64,000 nucleotides of DNA from Candidatus Rubrivivax defluviihabitans (GTDB lineage: Bacteria > Pseudomonadota > Gammaproteobacteria > Burkholderiales > Burkholderiaceae_C), in contig JADJMW010000007.1 in NCBI GenBank assembly GCA_016709385.1, positions 67,744-131,743 on the forward strand, in the 5' to 3' direction. The translations under genes were made by a program, and so were the position numbers. The notes below the pieces were generated by a model, which was given only the letters and a program-made list of their open reading frames with translations, searched no databases and was not told the DNA's origin. Below, piece by piece: positions 28,265 through 37,705 of the stretch (its first letter is position 1; every line of letters begins with the position of its first letter).

Positions 28265-29236
28265 GTGACCCATCCGCCTTCGCCCGCCGTCATGTTCTCG
28301 CGCCTGATGGCCAAGGCGCGCCTGCGGCACCTGCAACTGCTGGTCGCGGTGGCCGATCAAGGCAACCTCAAGCACGCCGCCGAGGAAGTGGGGCTCAGCC
28401 AACCGGCGGCGACCCAGGCCATCGCCGAACTGGAGCAACTGCTCGAACTGAGGCTGTTCGAGCGCCACTCCAAAGGCATGCGTCTGGCCGCGGCTGGCTC
28501 GATCCTGATCCCGGTCATTCGCAACATGCTGGAGGCGCTGCAGGCCGCGACGCAGGCGCTGGCCACGCTGCAGGAAGGCGCGAGCGGCCTGCTCCGGGTC
28601 GGCGTGATCACGGCGGTCGCTTCGGCCGTGCTGGGTGAGCGCGTGCTGCGTTTCTGTGCCCGCCACCCGGACATGCGGGTGGAGATCATCGAGGACGCCG
28701 CCGAACACCTGGTGCAGGAACTGTTGTCCGGCAGCCTGAACCTGGTGCTGGGCCGGCGTCCGCAACCCTTGCCCGCGAAGCTGCGCTTCGAGGCCCTGCG
28801 ACCCGACGAAGCCATCGTCATCGCCGGCCCGCTACACCCGCTGGTCGGGCGCCGGGGACTGAGGCTCGAAGATCTCGGCGGCTACGCCTGGATGCGCGCG
28901 GCGCCTGGCGTGTGGACGCGCGAGATCTTCGACGCGCTGTTCGAGGACGCTGGCATGCGTCCGCGCCTGCACCAGGTGTCGCTCGCCTCGCTGGGACCCT
29001 TGCCGGAGATCCTGAGCGACAACCAGACCATCGCGATGGTCCCTGCCGGCATCGGTCGTTCACTGGTTCGGTGGAACCTGGCGGTGAGGTTGGACGCGCA
29101 CCTGGGCACACCTCGCGGCGAGATCGGCGTGTTGTGTGCGGCCGAATCGATGGAAGACCCGATCTGCCTGGAGTTCATGGCTGCCCTGCGCGCGGAGTCC
29201 GAGGGCGAACCTGTCCTGAGCCGCGTCATGCGGTGA
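28265..29236 (+). CDS. LysR-family transcriptional regulator
   Basis: RLRHLQLLVAVADQGNLKHAAEEVGLSQPAATQAIAELEQLLELRLFERHSKGMRL. The start may be a downstream Met. Confidence 0.85.
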   Translation: MTHPPSPAVMFSRLMAKARLRHLQLLVAVADQGNLKHAAEEVGLSQPAATQAIAELEQLLELRLFERHSKGMRLAAAGSILIPVIRNMLEALQAATQALATLQEGASGLLRVGVITAVASAVLGERVLRFCARHPDMRVEIIEDAAEHLVQELLSGSLNLVLGRRPQPLPAKLRFEALRPDEAIVIAGPLHPLVGRRGLRLEDLGGYAWMRAAPGVWTREIFDALFEDAGMRPRLHQVSLASLGPLPEILSDNQTIAMVPAGIGRSLVRWNLAVRLDAHLGTPRGEIGVLCAAESMEDPICLEFMAALRAESEGEPVLSRVMR

Positions 29237-29260
29237 GCCGGGTCTGACCCACACGAGAAA

Positions 29261-29779
29261 TCACCGAGCCGACGTCTTCCCTGCTGAGGACCGGCGCCGG
29301 CGCGACAGTGGAGCCGCGTCGGCTTCGGCCTCGGTGACGTCGGCGGGCGCGCTGCCGAGTGGCCGAAGCAGCGCGTCGAGCACGTCGTAGGCCCGCTGCA
29401 AGGTTTCGACCCCCACCTTCTTCTCGATGCTGGCATAACGCTCTTCGATCATCGGAATCATGCGGCGCCCGAGCTGGCGGCTGCGTGCGGTGACGGAGAC
29501 GCGGACTCGGCGCTGGTCGTCGGCCATCCGCTCGCGGTCGACGAGGCCGGCCTCCTCCATTCGCAGCAGCACGCCGACGATGCTGGGGCTGGATATCTGG
29601 CACAGCTCGCACAACTGGCGTGGTTCCAGCGGCCCGTGCGTCAGCAGCGCCCGGATGATCCGCCATTGCTGTTCCGTCACGCCGTTCTCGTTCAGGATGG
29701 GCCGGAACTGCGCCATCAGCGCTTCGCGCGCCTGCAGCATCAGCTGCGGCAGATTGCGGTGACGCAATGGGGTCGACAT
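29261..29779 (-). CDS. hpaR: MarR-family regulator, HpaR-like (homoprotocatechuate operon repressor)
   Basis: The internal ATG (29779) gives MSTPLRHRNLPQLMLQAREALMAQFRPILNENGVTEQQWRIIRALL..., which closely parallels the E. coli HpaR N-terminus (LLQAREAAMSYFRPI..LTEQQWRIVRIL). Confidence 0.8.
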   Translation of the reverse strand: MSTPLRHRNLPQLMLQAREALMAQFRPILNENGVTEQQWRIIRALLTHGPLEPRQLCELCQISSPSIVGVLLRMEEAGLVDRERMADDQRRVRVSVTARSRQLGRRMIPMIEERYASIEKKVGVETLQRAYDVLDALLRPLGSAPADVTEAEADAAPLSRRRRSSAGKTSAR

Positions 29780-29951
29780 GCTCTTTCCTCGCTGGTGTTT
29801 CGATCGGCTCTGGCGGGCGTCAATGACGTCTTGGCTCACATCATAGTGAACTTGCGTCGCGCAGCGATTCATCGACCAGGCGCTGCCGAGCGGCGGCTGG
29901 AACGCCATCCAGCCTCAGGGTAACTCCTGAGTTCGCAGTCACTACCGACAC

Positions 29952-29994
29952 TTGACTTACTAACATCACAGTAAAATAATCACGCACATGTTAG
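29952..29994 (+). promoter_or_regulatory. candidate sigma70 promoter (TTGACT-N17-AATAAT) overlapped by inverted repeat CTAACAT...ATGTTAG
   Basis: TTGACT is at 29952-29957 and AATAAT at 29975-29980. The inverted-repeat arms are at 29960-29966 and 29988-29994. The region is AT-rich and lies upstream of the TRAP/hpa operon. Confidence 0.35.
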
Positions 29995-30058
29995 CAAGAC
30001 AGCGGCTCGAGATGACAAGCCGGTCGCCAACCCAGATCCATTCACGGAGACAAACCCC

Positions 30059-31099
30059 ATGCCGACTTCCCGCACCCATGTCAGCCGCCTCGTCTGTGCT
30101 GCCCTCACCCTGGCTTCGTCCAGCCTGTACGCGCAGGCGGTGACGCTCAAGGTTTCGCACTTCCTGCCGCCGAACTCCAACTACCAGAAGGGCGTGCTGG
30201 AACCGTGGTGCGACCGGCTCGCCAAGGACTCCGCCGGCCAGCTGAAGTGCCAGATCTACCCCGCGATGCAGCTCGGCGGCACGCCGCCCCAGTTGGCCGA
30301 CCAGGTGAAGAACGCCGTGGCCGACATCGTGATGACCTCGCCCAGCTATTCCTCCGGCCGCTTCCCGTACACCGAGGCGCTGGAACAGCCGTTCACGCTG
30401 CCGCCCGGCGGCCTGGCCGGCAGCAAGGCGATGTGGGAGTACAGCCAGAAGTACGCCACCAAGGACTACGCCGACTTCAAGCTGCTGGCCATGTTCACGG
30501 GCAGCGGCATCATCATGAGCACGTCCAGCAAGCCGATCCTGACCGTCGAAGGCTTCAAGGGCGTGAAGCTGCGCAGCCCCTCGCGCAGTGCGGCCAAGTT
30601 GCTCACCGCGCTCGGCGGTGCGCCGGTCAACATGCCGCCGGCGCAGATCACGGAAGCGGTCGCCAAGGGTGTGGTCGACGGTGCCATGGCGACCTGGGAG
30701 CTGGTGCCCGCGGTCAAGCTGCAGGAAGTGACGAAGTACCACATGCAGGGCCCGGCCGACCAGGCGGCCTTCACCCAGAACCCGCTGGTGATGCTGATGA
30801 ACAAGGCCCGGTACGACGGCCTGCCGCCCGAGCTGAAGGCCGTGCTGGACAAGGCCAGCGGGCCCGCCCTGGTGGAACTGGCCGGCGCGGCCTGGGACAA
30901 GGCCATCGTCGACGGCCGCAGGATCGCCGGCGAAGCCGGCAACAAGACCCTCACCGTCAAGCCCGAGGACTACGAGGCGATGCGCAAGATGTCGGCTGCG
31001 GTCGAGGTGGAGTGGGCCAGGGACGTGGCGGCGAAGGGGCTGGATGGGGCGATGCTGGTCAAGGAGGTCCGGGCCCTGGGTGCCAAGTACATGAAGTGA
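30059..31099 (+). CDS. TRAP transporter substrate-binding protein (DctP family)
   Basis: It has a signal peptide and VTLKVSHFLPPNSNYQKGVLEPWCDRLAKDSAGQLKCQIYPAMQLGG. Confidence 0.9.
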   Translation: MPTSRTHVSRLVCAALTLASSSLYAQAVTLKVSHFLPPNSNYQKGVLEPWCDRLAKDSAGQLKCQIYPAMQLGGTPPQLADQVKNAVADIVMTSPSYSSGRFPYTEALEQPFTLPPGGLAGSKAMWEYSQKYATKDYADFKLLAMFTGSGIIMSTSSKPILTVEGFKGVKLRSPSRSAAKLLTALGGAPVNMPPAQITEAVAKGVVDGAMATWELVPAVKLQEVTKYHMQGPADQAAFTQNPLVMLMNKARYDGLPPELKAVLDKASGPALVELAGAAWDKAIVDGRRIAGEAGNKTLTVKPEDYEAMRKMSAAVEVEWARDVAAKGLDGAMLVKEVRALGAKYMK

Positions 31100-31129
31100 T
31101 CCGCTGCCACCACCCCAGGGGTTCACACC

Positions 31130-31669
31130 ATGGCTGAAGTCATCGAACGCGAGGGCGCCGCCGCACAGGTGTCCCGGCGGGGGGTCGGACGGCTGCTCGA
31201 TCGCCTGGCGACGGGGTTCACGATGCTGGGCGGGCTGACCTTCTGCGTACTGATCGTGATGTCGATCGTCTCCATCGTCGGGCGCAAGCTGTTCGCAGCC
31301 CCGGTGCAGGGTGATGTCGAGCTGATGCAGATGGGCGCCGCCGTCGGGGCGGCCGCCTTCCTGCCGCTGTGCGAGCTGTACGACCACAACGTCAAGGTCG
31401 ACGCCCTGACCGGCTGGATGAGCGACCGCGGCCGGGCGGTGCTCGACTCGGCGGCACATGGGCTGCTGACCGTGGCCGCCGTGCTCATCAGCTGGCGCAC
31501 CGCGCTGGCCGCGGTCGACGGCCACTCGTCGGGCGAGGTGTCGACCTTGCTTTCCGTGCCGATGTGGCAGCCGGTGGCGCTGCTGGTGCCGAGCTTCGTG
31601 CTGCTGGCGCTGTGCGGGCTGTACCGCACGGGCGGGGCGCTGCGCAAGGCGCTGGGGAGCGCCTCGTGA
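31130..31669 (+). CDS. TRAP transporter small permease (DctQ family)
   Basis: 179-aa, four-TM-like protein located between the DctP and DctM genes. Confidence 0.85.
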   Translation: MAEVIEREGAAAQVSRRGVGRLLDRLATGFTMLGGLTFCVLIVMSIVSIVGRKLFAAPVQGDVELMQMGAAVGAAAFLPLCELYDHNVKVDALTGWMSDRGRAVLDSAAHGLLTVAAVLISWRTALAAVDGHSSGEVSTLLSVPMWQPVALLVPSFVLLALCGLYRTGGALRKALGSAS

Positions 31670-33030
31670 GCGGACTGGGTGGCATGAGCGGCCTGGGTGG
31701 CATGAGTGGCATGGCGATAGGCCTGACGATCTTCGCCTGCCTGATGTTCATGCTGGTCTTGCGCATCCATGTCGGTATCGGCATGTTCTTCGCAGGCGCG
31801 GCGGCGTTCCTGGCCATCAACCACGGTGATGCCAACGCGCTGCTGTTCACGCTGAACAATCTCGCCTATGCCCGCTTGTCCAATTACGACCTGGCGGTCA
31901 TTCCGCTGTTCATGCTGATGGGCCAGTTCGCCACCAACGGCGGGCTGTCCACGTCCTTGTTCCGCTTCGCCGCGGCCTGCATCGGCCACTTCCGCGGCGG
32001 GCTGGCGATGGCCGCCACGGGCGCCTGCGCGGGCTTCGGCGCCATCTGCGGCTCGTCGCTGGCCACGGCGGCGACGATGGGCCAGGTGGCGTTGCCCGAG
32101 TTGCGCAGGCACGGCTACTCCGGGCGGCTGGCCACCGGCACGCTGGCCGCTGCAGGCACGCTGGGCATCCTGATCCCGCCGTCGGTGCCGCTGGTCATCT
32201 ACGCCGTGTTGACGCAGGAGTCGATCGGCAAGCTCTTCGTTGCCGCGGTGATCCCGGGCCTCATCGCGACGCTGGGCTACATGATCGTGATCCGCCTGTC
32301 CGTCACCTTCGACCCCGCCTGCGGGCCGGCCGGCGACAGGGCGAGCTGGTCACAGCGCATGGCTTCGCTGGTCGAGGTGCTGCCGGTGGTCGGCGTGTTC
32401 CTGGTCGTGATCGTCGGCATCTACGGCGGCTGGGCCAACCCGACCGAGGCGGCGTCGATAGGCGCGGCCGCCTGCGGACTGCTCGCCTTCGTGCGCGGCG
32501 GCATGCGCTGGCCGGGGCTGCGTGCCAGCATCATCGGCACCGGCCACGCCACGGCGATGATCTACATGGTGCTGCTCGGTGCCGACGTGCTCAACGCCGG
32601 CCTGGCCATCACGCAACTGCCTGGGGAACTGGCGAACTGGGTCAAGGACAGTGGCTTGGCACCAATGCTGGTGATGGCGGCGATCCTCGTCATCTACGTG
32701 CTGCTCGGCTGCGTGATGGACTCGCTGGCGATGATCCTGCTCACGATCCCGATCTTCTACCCGGTCGTGATGGGCCTCGACTTCTACGGGATGCCGGCAG
32801 TGGACAAGTCGATCTGGTTCGGCATCCTGGCGTTGATGGTGGTCGAGATCGGCCTCGTGCACCCGCCGCTGGGCATGAACCTGTTCATCATCCAGAAACT
32901 CGCCAAGGACACGCCATACATGGAAACCGCCAAGGGCGTGATGCCCTTCCTGGCCTCGGACCTGTTGCGCATCGTGCTGTTGTTGCTGGTGCCCGGCATC
33001 TGCCTGTGGCTGGTGCACCTGAACGCCTGA
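31666..33030 (+). CDS. TRAP transporter large permease (DctM family)
   Basis: The GTG at 31666 overlaps the dctQ stop. The body is a DctM-like polytopic protein. Several in-frame ATGs inside an 18-bp tandem repeat are alternative starts. Confidence 0.85.
   Translation: MSGLGGMSGLGGMSGMAIGLTIFACLMFMLVLRIHVGIGMFFAGAAAFLAINHGDANALLFTLNNLAYARLSNYDLAVIPLFMLMGQFATNGGLSTSLFRFAAACIGHFRGGLAMAATGACAGFGAICGSSLATAATMGQVALPELRRHGYSGRLATGTLAAAGTLGILIPPSVPLVIYAVLTQESIGKLFVAAVIPGLIATLGYMIVIRLSVTFDPACGPAGDRASWSQRMASLVEVLPVVGVFLVVIVGIYGGWANPTEAASIGAAACGLLAFVRGGMRWPGLRASIIGTGHATAMIYMVLLGADVLNAGLAITQLPGELANWVKDSGLAPMLVMAAILVIYVLLGCVMDSLAMILLTIPIFYPVVMGLDFYGMPAVDKSIWFGILALMVVEIGLVHPPLGMNLFIIQKLAKDTPYMETAKGVMPFLASDLLRIVLLLLVPGICLWLVHLNA
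31671..31712 (+). repeat. 18-bp tandem repeat (GLGGMS x2 plus a partial copy) at the dctM 5' end
   Basis: ggactgggtggcatgagc ggcctgggtggcatgagt ggcatg, read directly. Confidence 0.8.
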
Positions 33031-33052
33031 GCGCGGGAACGGAGGACTCGCG

Positions 33053-33823
33053 ATGATCTTCATGCTGGAACAGGCGCTGGCGCACCCGCAGGGCGAGCCG
33101 CTGGCCACCGAGCGGTCGGTCGACCACTGGCAGGCGCTGGCGGCGACGCCCGGCGAAGGAGCAGCCTTCCTTCCACCCACCCGCGGCACGGTCTACGGCA
33201 CGCTGCTGAACCATCTCGACGCGCTGGCCGCATTGGGCGACCAGGTCCATGCCGCACCCTACAAGGCGCCGCCCAGGGCTCCCATCCTCTACATCAAGCC
33301 GCGCAACACGGTCGTCGGCCACCGCGTCCCGGTGGTCGTGCCTGCCGACGCCGCCGAACTGGAGATGGGCGCCACGCTGGGCGTCGTGATCGGGCGCACG
33401 GCCTCGAGGGTTGCCGAATCCGAGGCGCTGGCCTGCGTGGCCGGCTACACCGTGGTCAACGACATCAGCGTGCCGCACGCTTCGGTCTACCGGCCGTCGA
33501 TGCGCTTCAAGTGCCGCGACGGCTTCTGCCCGATGGGCCCGGCGATCGTCGCGCGCAAGGGGGTGGCCGACCCCGACGCCCTGGTCATCAGCGTCACGAT
33601 CGATGGCCAGACGGTACAACGCAGCAGCACCGCCGGCCTCGTGCGACCGGTTGCACGACTGATCGCCGACGTGACCGAGTTCATGACGCTGTTCCCCGGC
33701 GACGTGCTGACGGTCGGCGTGGCCGCCGGTGCGCCGCGCGCCCGGGCCGGCCAGACGGTGACGATCACGATCCACGGCGTCGGCCGGCTCGAGAACACGC
33801 TGGTCACGGAGGATTCAAAGTGA
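33053..33823 (+). CDS. hpaG: FAH-family protein, HpaG N-terminal-type subunit (OPET decarboxylase/HHDD isomerase)
   Basis: 256-aa FAH fold (GTVYGTLLNH..., ILYIKPRNT, GYTVVNDIS). It is paired with a second FAH gene, as in split hpaG1/hpaG2 arrangements. Confidence 0.8.
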   Translation: MIFMLEQALAHPQGEPLATERSVDHWQALAATPGEGAAFLPPTRGTVYGTLLNHLDALAALGDQVHAAPYKAPPRAPILYIKPRNTVVGHRVPVVVPADAAELEMGATLGVVIGRTASRVAESEALACVAGYTVVNDISVPHASVYRPSMRFKCRDGFCPMGPAIVARKGVADPDALVISVTIDGQTVQRSSTAGLVRPVARLIADVTEFMTLFPGDVLTVGVAAGAPRARAGQTVTITIHGVGRLENTLVTEDSK

Positions 33824-34587
33824 AGCGCGCCAGAGTCGCCTACAGCGGCGCGATCCACGACGCCACCGAGCATCCGGCCGGGCTTCGGCTGGCCGACGGC
33901 CGTGTGCTGGCCGAAGACGCGGTGGTCTGGCTGCCGCCGTTCGAGGTCGGCACCGTCATCGCACTGGGCCTGAACTACGCCGACCACGTGAAGGAGCTGT
34001 CGAAGGAACTGACGGTCACGGCCAAGGACGAGCCGCTGGCGTTCCTGAAGAGCCCGGGCGCGCTGATCGGCCACCGCGGGCAGACGCGCCGGCCCGCGGA
34101 CGTGACCTTCATGCACTACGAGTGCGAACTCGCGGTGGTCATCGGGCGCACGGCGAAGAACGTGAAGCGAGAAGACGCGATGCAGGTGGTGGCCGGCTAC
34201 ACGGTCGCGAACGACTACGCGATCCGCGACTACCTCGAGAACTACTACCGTCCGAACCTGCGTGTGAAGAACCGCGACACCTGCACCGTGCTCGGCCCGT
34301 GGCTCGTCGATGCGGTCGACGTGCCCGACCCGCACGACCTGGCGCTGCGCACGCTCGTCAACGGCCAGGTCACGCAGCAGGGCAACACCAGCGACATGGT
34401 CGCCGACATCCCGGCACTGATCGAGTACCTCAGCTCGTTCATGACGCTCGGCGCCGGCGACGTGATCCTGACCGGCACGCCCGACGGCGTGGTCAACGTG
34501 AACGCCGGTGACGAGGTGATCACCGAGATCGACGGCATCGGGCGCCTCGTCAATACCATCGTCGGCGACACCCTGTTCGGCCGCTGA
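33820..34587 (+). CDS. hpaG: FAH-family protein, HpaG C-terminal-type subunit
   Basis: The GTG at 33820 overlaps the upstream stop. It has IALGLNYADH, YECELAVVIG, GYTVANDYAIRD and ILTGTP. Confidence 0.85.
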   Translation: MKRARVAYSGAIHDATEHPAGLRLADGRVLAEDAVVWLPPFEVGTVIALGLNYADHVKELSKELTVTAKDEPLAFLKSPGALIGHRGQTRRPADVTFMHYECELAVVIGRTAKNVKREDAMQVVAGYTVANDYAIRDYLENYYRPNLRVKNRDTCTVLGPWLVDAVDVPDPHDLALRTLVNGQVTQQGNTSDMVADIPALIEYLSSFMTLGAGDVILTGTPDGVVNVNAGDEVITEIDGIGRLVNTIVGDTLFGR

Positions 34588-34604
34588 ACCCCAAGGACAA
34601 GACC

Positions 34605-36062
34605 ATGCGAATTCATCACCTCATCGATGGCAAGGCGGTCGAAGGCCACGACACCTTCGAGACCGTCGACCCGGCGACACAGGACGTGTTGGCCGAGGTC
34701 GCGGCGGGAACGGCGGCCGAAGTCAGCCTGGCGGTGGCCGCGGCCAAGGCGGCCTTTCCGGCCTGGGCCGCACGTCCGGCCACCGAGCGCGCCGCGCTGA
34801 TGCGCAAGCTCGGCGACCTGATCACGCGACACGTGCCCGAGCTGTCCGAGACCGAAACGCGCGACTGCGGTCAGGTGATCTCGCAGACGCGCAAGAACCT
34901 GGTGCCGCGCGCGGCCGACAACTTCCACTACTTTGCCGAGATGTGCACCCGGGTCGACGGCCACACCTACCCGACGCCGACGCACCTGAACTACACGCTG
35001 TTCCACCCGGTCGGCGTGTGCGCGCTGATCAGCCCGTGGAACGTGCCGTTCATGACCGGCACCTGGAAGATCGCGCCCTGCCTGGCCTTCGGCAATACCG
35101 CGGTGCTGAAGATGAGCGAGCTCTCGCCGCTTTCGATCTCGCGCTTCGGCGAACTCGCCACCGAGGCCGGCCTGCCGCCGGGGGTGCTCAATATCGTGCA
35201 CGGCTTCGGCAAGGACGCGGGTGAGCCGCTGTGTGCCCACCCCGACGTACGTGCGATTTCGTTCACCGGGTCCACGGCCACCGGCAACCGCATCGTGCAG
35301 TCCGCCGGGCTGAAGAAATTCAGCATGGAACTGGGCGGCAAGAGCCCGTTCGTGATCTTCGACGACGCCGACATGGCGCGCGCGCTCGATGCGGCCATCT
35401 TCATGATCTTCAGCAACAACGGTGAACGCTGCACGGCCGGCTCACGCATCCTGGTGCAGAAGTCGATCTATGCCGAGTTCGCACAGAAGTTCGCCGAGCG
35501 CGCCCGGCGCATCACCGTCGGCGACCCGATGAACGAGAAAACCATCGTCGGGCCGATGATCAGCCAAGCCCACCTGGCCAAGGTGCGCGGCTACATCGAG
35601 CTCGGGCCCAAGGAAGGCGCGACGATGCTCTGCGGCGGCGTCGACGCACCCGACCTGCCGGCGGCCATGCGCCGTGGCAATTTCGTCAAGCCGACGGTCT
35701 TCGCCGACGTCGACAACCGCATGCGCATCGCGCAGGAAGAGATCTTCGGCCCGGTAGCCTGCCTGATCCCTTTCGACGACGAGGCCGACGCTATCCGCCT
35801 GGCCAACGACATCGCCTACGGCCTGAGCAGCTATGTGTGGACCGAGAACCTGGGTCGAGCCCACCGCGTGGCCGCCGCCATCGAGGCCGGCATGTGCTTC
35901 GTCAACAGCCAGAACGTGCGCGACCTGCGCCAGCCCTTCGGCGGCACCAAGGCCAGCGGCACCGGCCGCGAAGGCGGCACCTGGAGCTACGAGGTCTTCC
36001 TCGAGCCGAAGAACGTGGCGGTATCGCTGGGCTCGCACCACATTCCTCATTGGGGACTCTGA
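34605..36062 (+). CDS. hpaE: 5-carboxymethyl-2-hydroxymuconate semialdehyde dehydrogenase
   Basis: 485-aa aldehyde dehydrogenase (FTGSTATG, ELGGKSP, NNGERCTAGSR) in hpa gene context. Confidence 0.9.
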   Translation: MRIHHLIDGKAVEGHDTFETVDPATQDVLAEVAAGTAAEVSLAVAAAKAAFPAWAARPATERAALMRKLGDLITRHVPELSETETRDCGQVISQTRKNLVPRAADNFHYFAEMCTRVDGHTYPTPTHLNYTLFHPVGVCALISPWNVPFMTGTWKIAPCLAFGNTAVLKMSELSPLSISRFGELATEAGLPPGVLNIVHGFGKDAGEPLCAHPDVRAISFTGSTATGNRIVQSAGLKKFSMELGGKSPFVIFDDADMARALDAAIFMIFSNNGERCTAGSRILVQKSIYAEFAQKFAERARRITVGDPMNEKTIVGPMISQAHLAKVRGYIELGPKEGATMLCGGVDAPDLPAAMRRGNFVKPTVFADVDNRMRIAQEEIFGPVACLIPFDDEADAIRLANDIAYGLSSYVWTENLGRAHRVAAAIEAGMCFVNSQNVRDLRQPFGGTKASGTGREGGTWSYEVFLEPKNVAVSLGSHHIPHWGL

Positions 36063-37624
36063 TGACACTGACACGACGCCACTTCAACGCCGGATGGTTG
36101 GCCGGCGGACTGCTTCCCTGGGTGGGCGGGTGTGCAAACACCGCGCAGGGGTTCGACGCGCAGTCCAACGTGCTGACGGTTCCGCAGGGGGCGCTGCAAG
36201 GCCGCGTGGACAACGGTATCCACAGCTTCAAGCGCATCCCGTATGCAGCGAACCCTTATGTCCCTGAGCGAGCCTACGCGGCACCACAGCCCGCGCCGTC
36301 GTGGAGCGGCCTGCGCGATGCGACCCGCTTCGGACCGATGCCTCCGCAGCCCTCGCGCGGCGCGCCGCAGACGATGGTGGGCGAGCCTGACGACCTGTGC
36401 CTGAATATCTGGACGCCCAGCATGGATGCGGCCGCAAAGCTGCCGGTGATGGTGTGGATTCCGGGCGGCGCGTACATCCGCGTCGATGCCTCAGAGCCCT
36501 GGTACGACGGCAGCGCATTCGCACGCGACGGGGTGGTGCTGGTATCGATCAACTACCGCGTCGGCGCGCACGGCTTCCTGGTTTTGCCCGATGCGCCCAG
36601 CAACCGCGGCATCCTCGACCAGATCGCCGCGCTGCAATGGGTGCGCGACCACATCGCCCATTTCGGCGGCGATGCGTCGCGTGTGACGGTGTTCGGTCAG
36701 TCGGCGGGTGCGAGTTCGGTCGCCGCGCTGCTCGGCGCGCCGGCGGCGAGGGGGCTGTTCGCGCAGGCCGCGCTTCAAAGCCCGGCGCAAGGCTATCTGA
36801 CCCTGGCGCAGGCGGCCCGCGTGACGCCCGCCTTCGCGCAGGCACTGGGCGTGAGCGCGACGCGTGACGCCTTCGCCCGCATCGGCCTGAAGACGCTGAT
36901 CGACGCGAGCATCAAGCTCGATGCGGCGGCCGCCGACGCCAGGGTCTGGAGCGAACTCGCGTACACCAAGATCCTGCAACCGGTGATCGACGGCGTGGCG
37001 ATGAGGCAGCCGCCGGCGGCACAGCTCGCGGCAGGCGCATCGAAGGACGTGCCGATCCTGATCGGGAGCAACGACGAGGAGTTCAAGCTCTACCTCGTGC
37101 CCGGCGGTGCCATCGATCGCATCCCCGAGCCGGCCGTCGCCGGCATGGTCGCGACCTTGAAGCTGCCGCCTGAGATGCCCGCCGTCTATCGCGTCGGCCG
37201 TCCGAACGCGACACCGGGCGAGGTCTTCTCGGCGATCAACTCCGACTATGTGTTCCGCAACGCCGCACAGGCGCAGGCACTGGCGCACGCGAAGGCGGGC
37301 GGCGCGCCGACCTACGCCTACCAGTTTGGCTGGCGTTCGCCGCAATTCGGCGGCAGGCTCGGTGCCGCGCATGTGCTCGACGTGCCATTCGTATTCGACA
37401 CGCTGCGCACGCCGCCGGCCCTGGGTTTCGTCGGCCCCGCGGCGCCACAGGAACTGGCCACACGCATGCATGCCGCCTGGGTGGCCTTTGCGAAGACCGG
37501 CAAACCCGGTTGGCAAGCCTACGACGATGCCGGGCGCACCGTGATGCGCTTCGACACCGTCTCGACGACAGTGCGCGAAGGCGGAGAGCGCGAACGGGCG
37601 CTGTGGTCCTCGGTCGTCTACTGA
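36062..37624 (+). CDS. type-B carboxylesterase/lipase-family protein, predicted Tat-exported lipoprotein
   Basis: The ATG shares one base with the hpaE stop. The leader is MTLTRRHFNAGWLAGGLLPWVGGC (RRxF plus lipobox VGGC). It has VMVWIPGGAY, the nucleophile elbow FGQSAGASS, and NYRVGAHGFL. Confidence 0.85.
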   Translation: MTLTRRHFNAGWLAGGLLPWVGGCANTAQGFDAQSNVLTVPQGALQGRVDNGIHSFKRIPYAANPYVPERAYAAPQPAPSWSGLRDATRFGPMPPQPSRGAPQTMVGEPDDLCLNIWTPSMDAAAKLPVMVWIPGGAYIRVDASEPWYDGSAFARDGVVLVSINYRVGAHGFLVLPDAPSNRGILDQIAALQWVRDHIAHFGGDASRVTVFGQSAGASSVAALLGAPAARGLFAQAALQSPAQGYLTLAQAARVTPAFAQALGVSATRDAFARIGLKTLIDASIKLDAAAADARVWSELAYTKILQPVIDGVAMRQPPAAQLAAGASKDVPILIGSNDEEFKLYLVPGGAIDRIPEPAVAGMVATLKLPPEMPAVYRVGRPNATPGEVFSAINSDYVFRNAAQAQALAHAKAGGAPTYAYQFGWRSPQFGGRLGAAHVLDVPFVFDTLRTPPALGFVGPAAPQELATRMHAAWVAFAKTGKPGWQAYDDAGRTVMRFDTVSTTVREGGERERALWSSVVY

Positions 37625-37705
37625 TTGATGGCCCTGCAACCCGCGCCGCTCGTCGGCACCGGGTCGGGGTCATTACCCACCTGCCATTCACCAAGGAGAA
37701 CCAAC

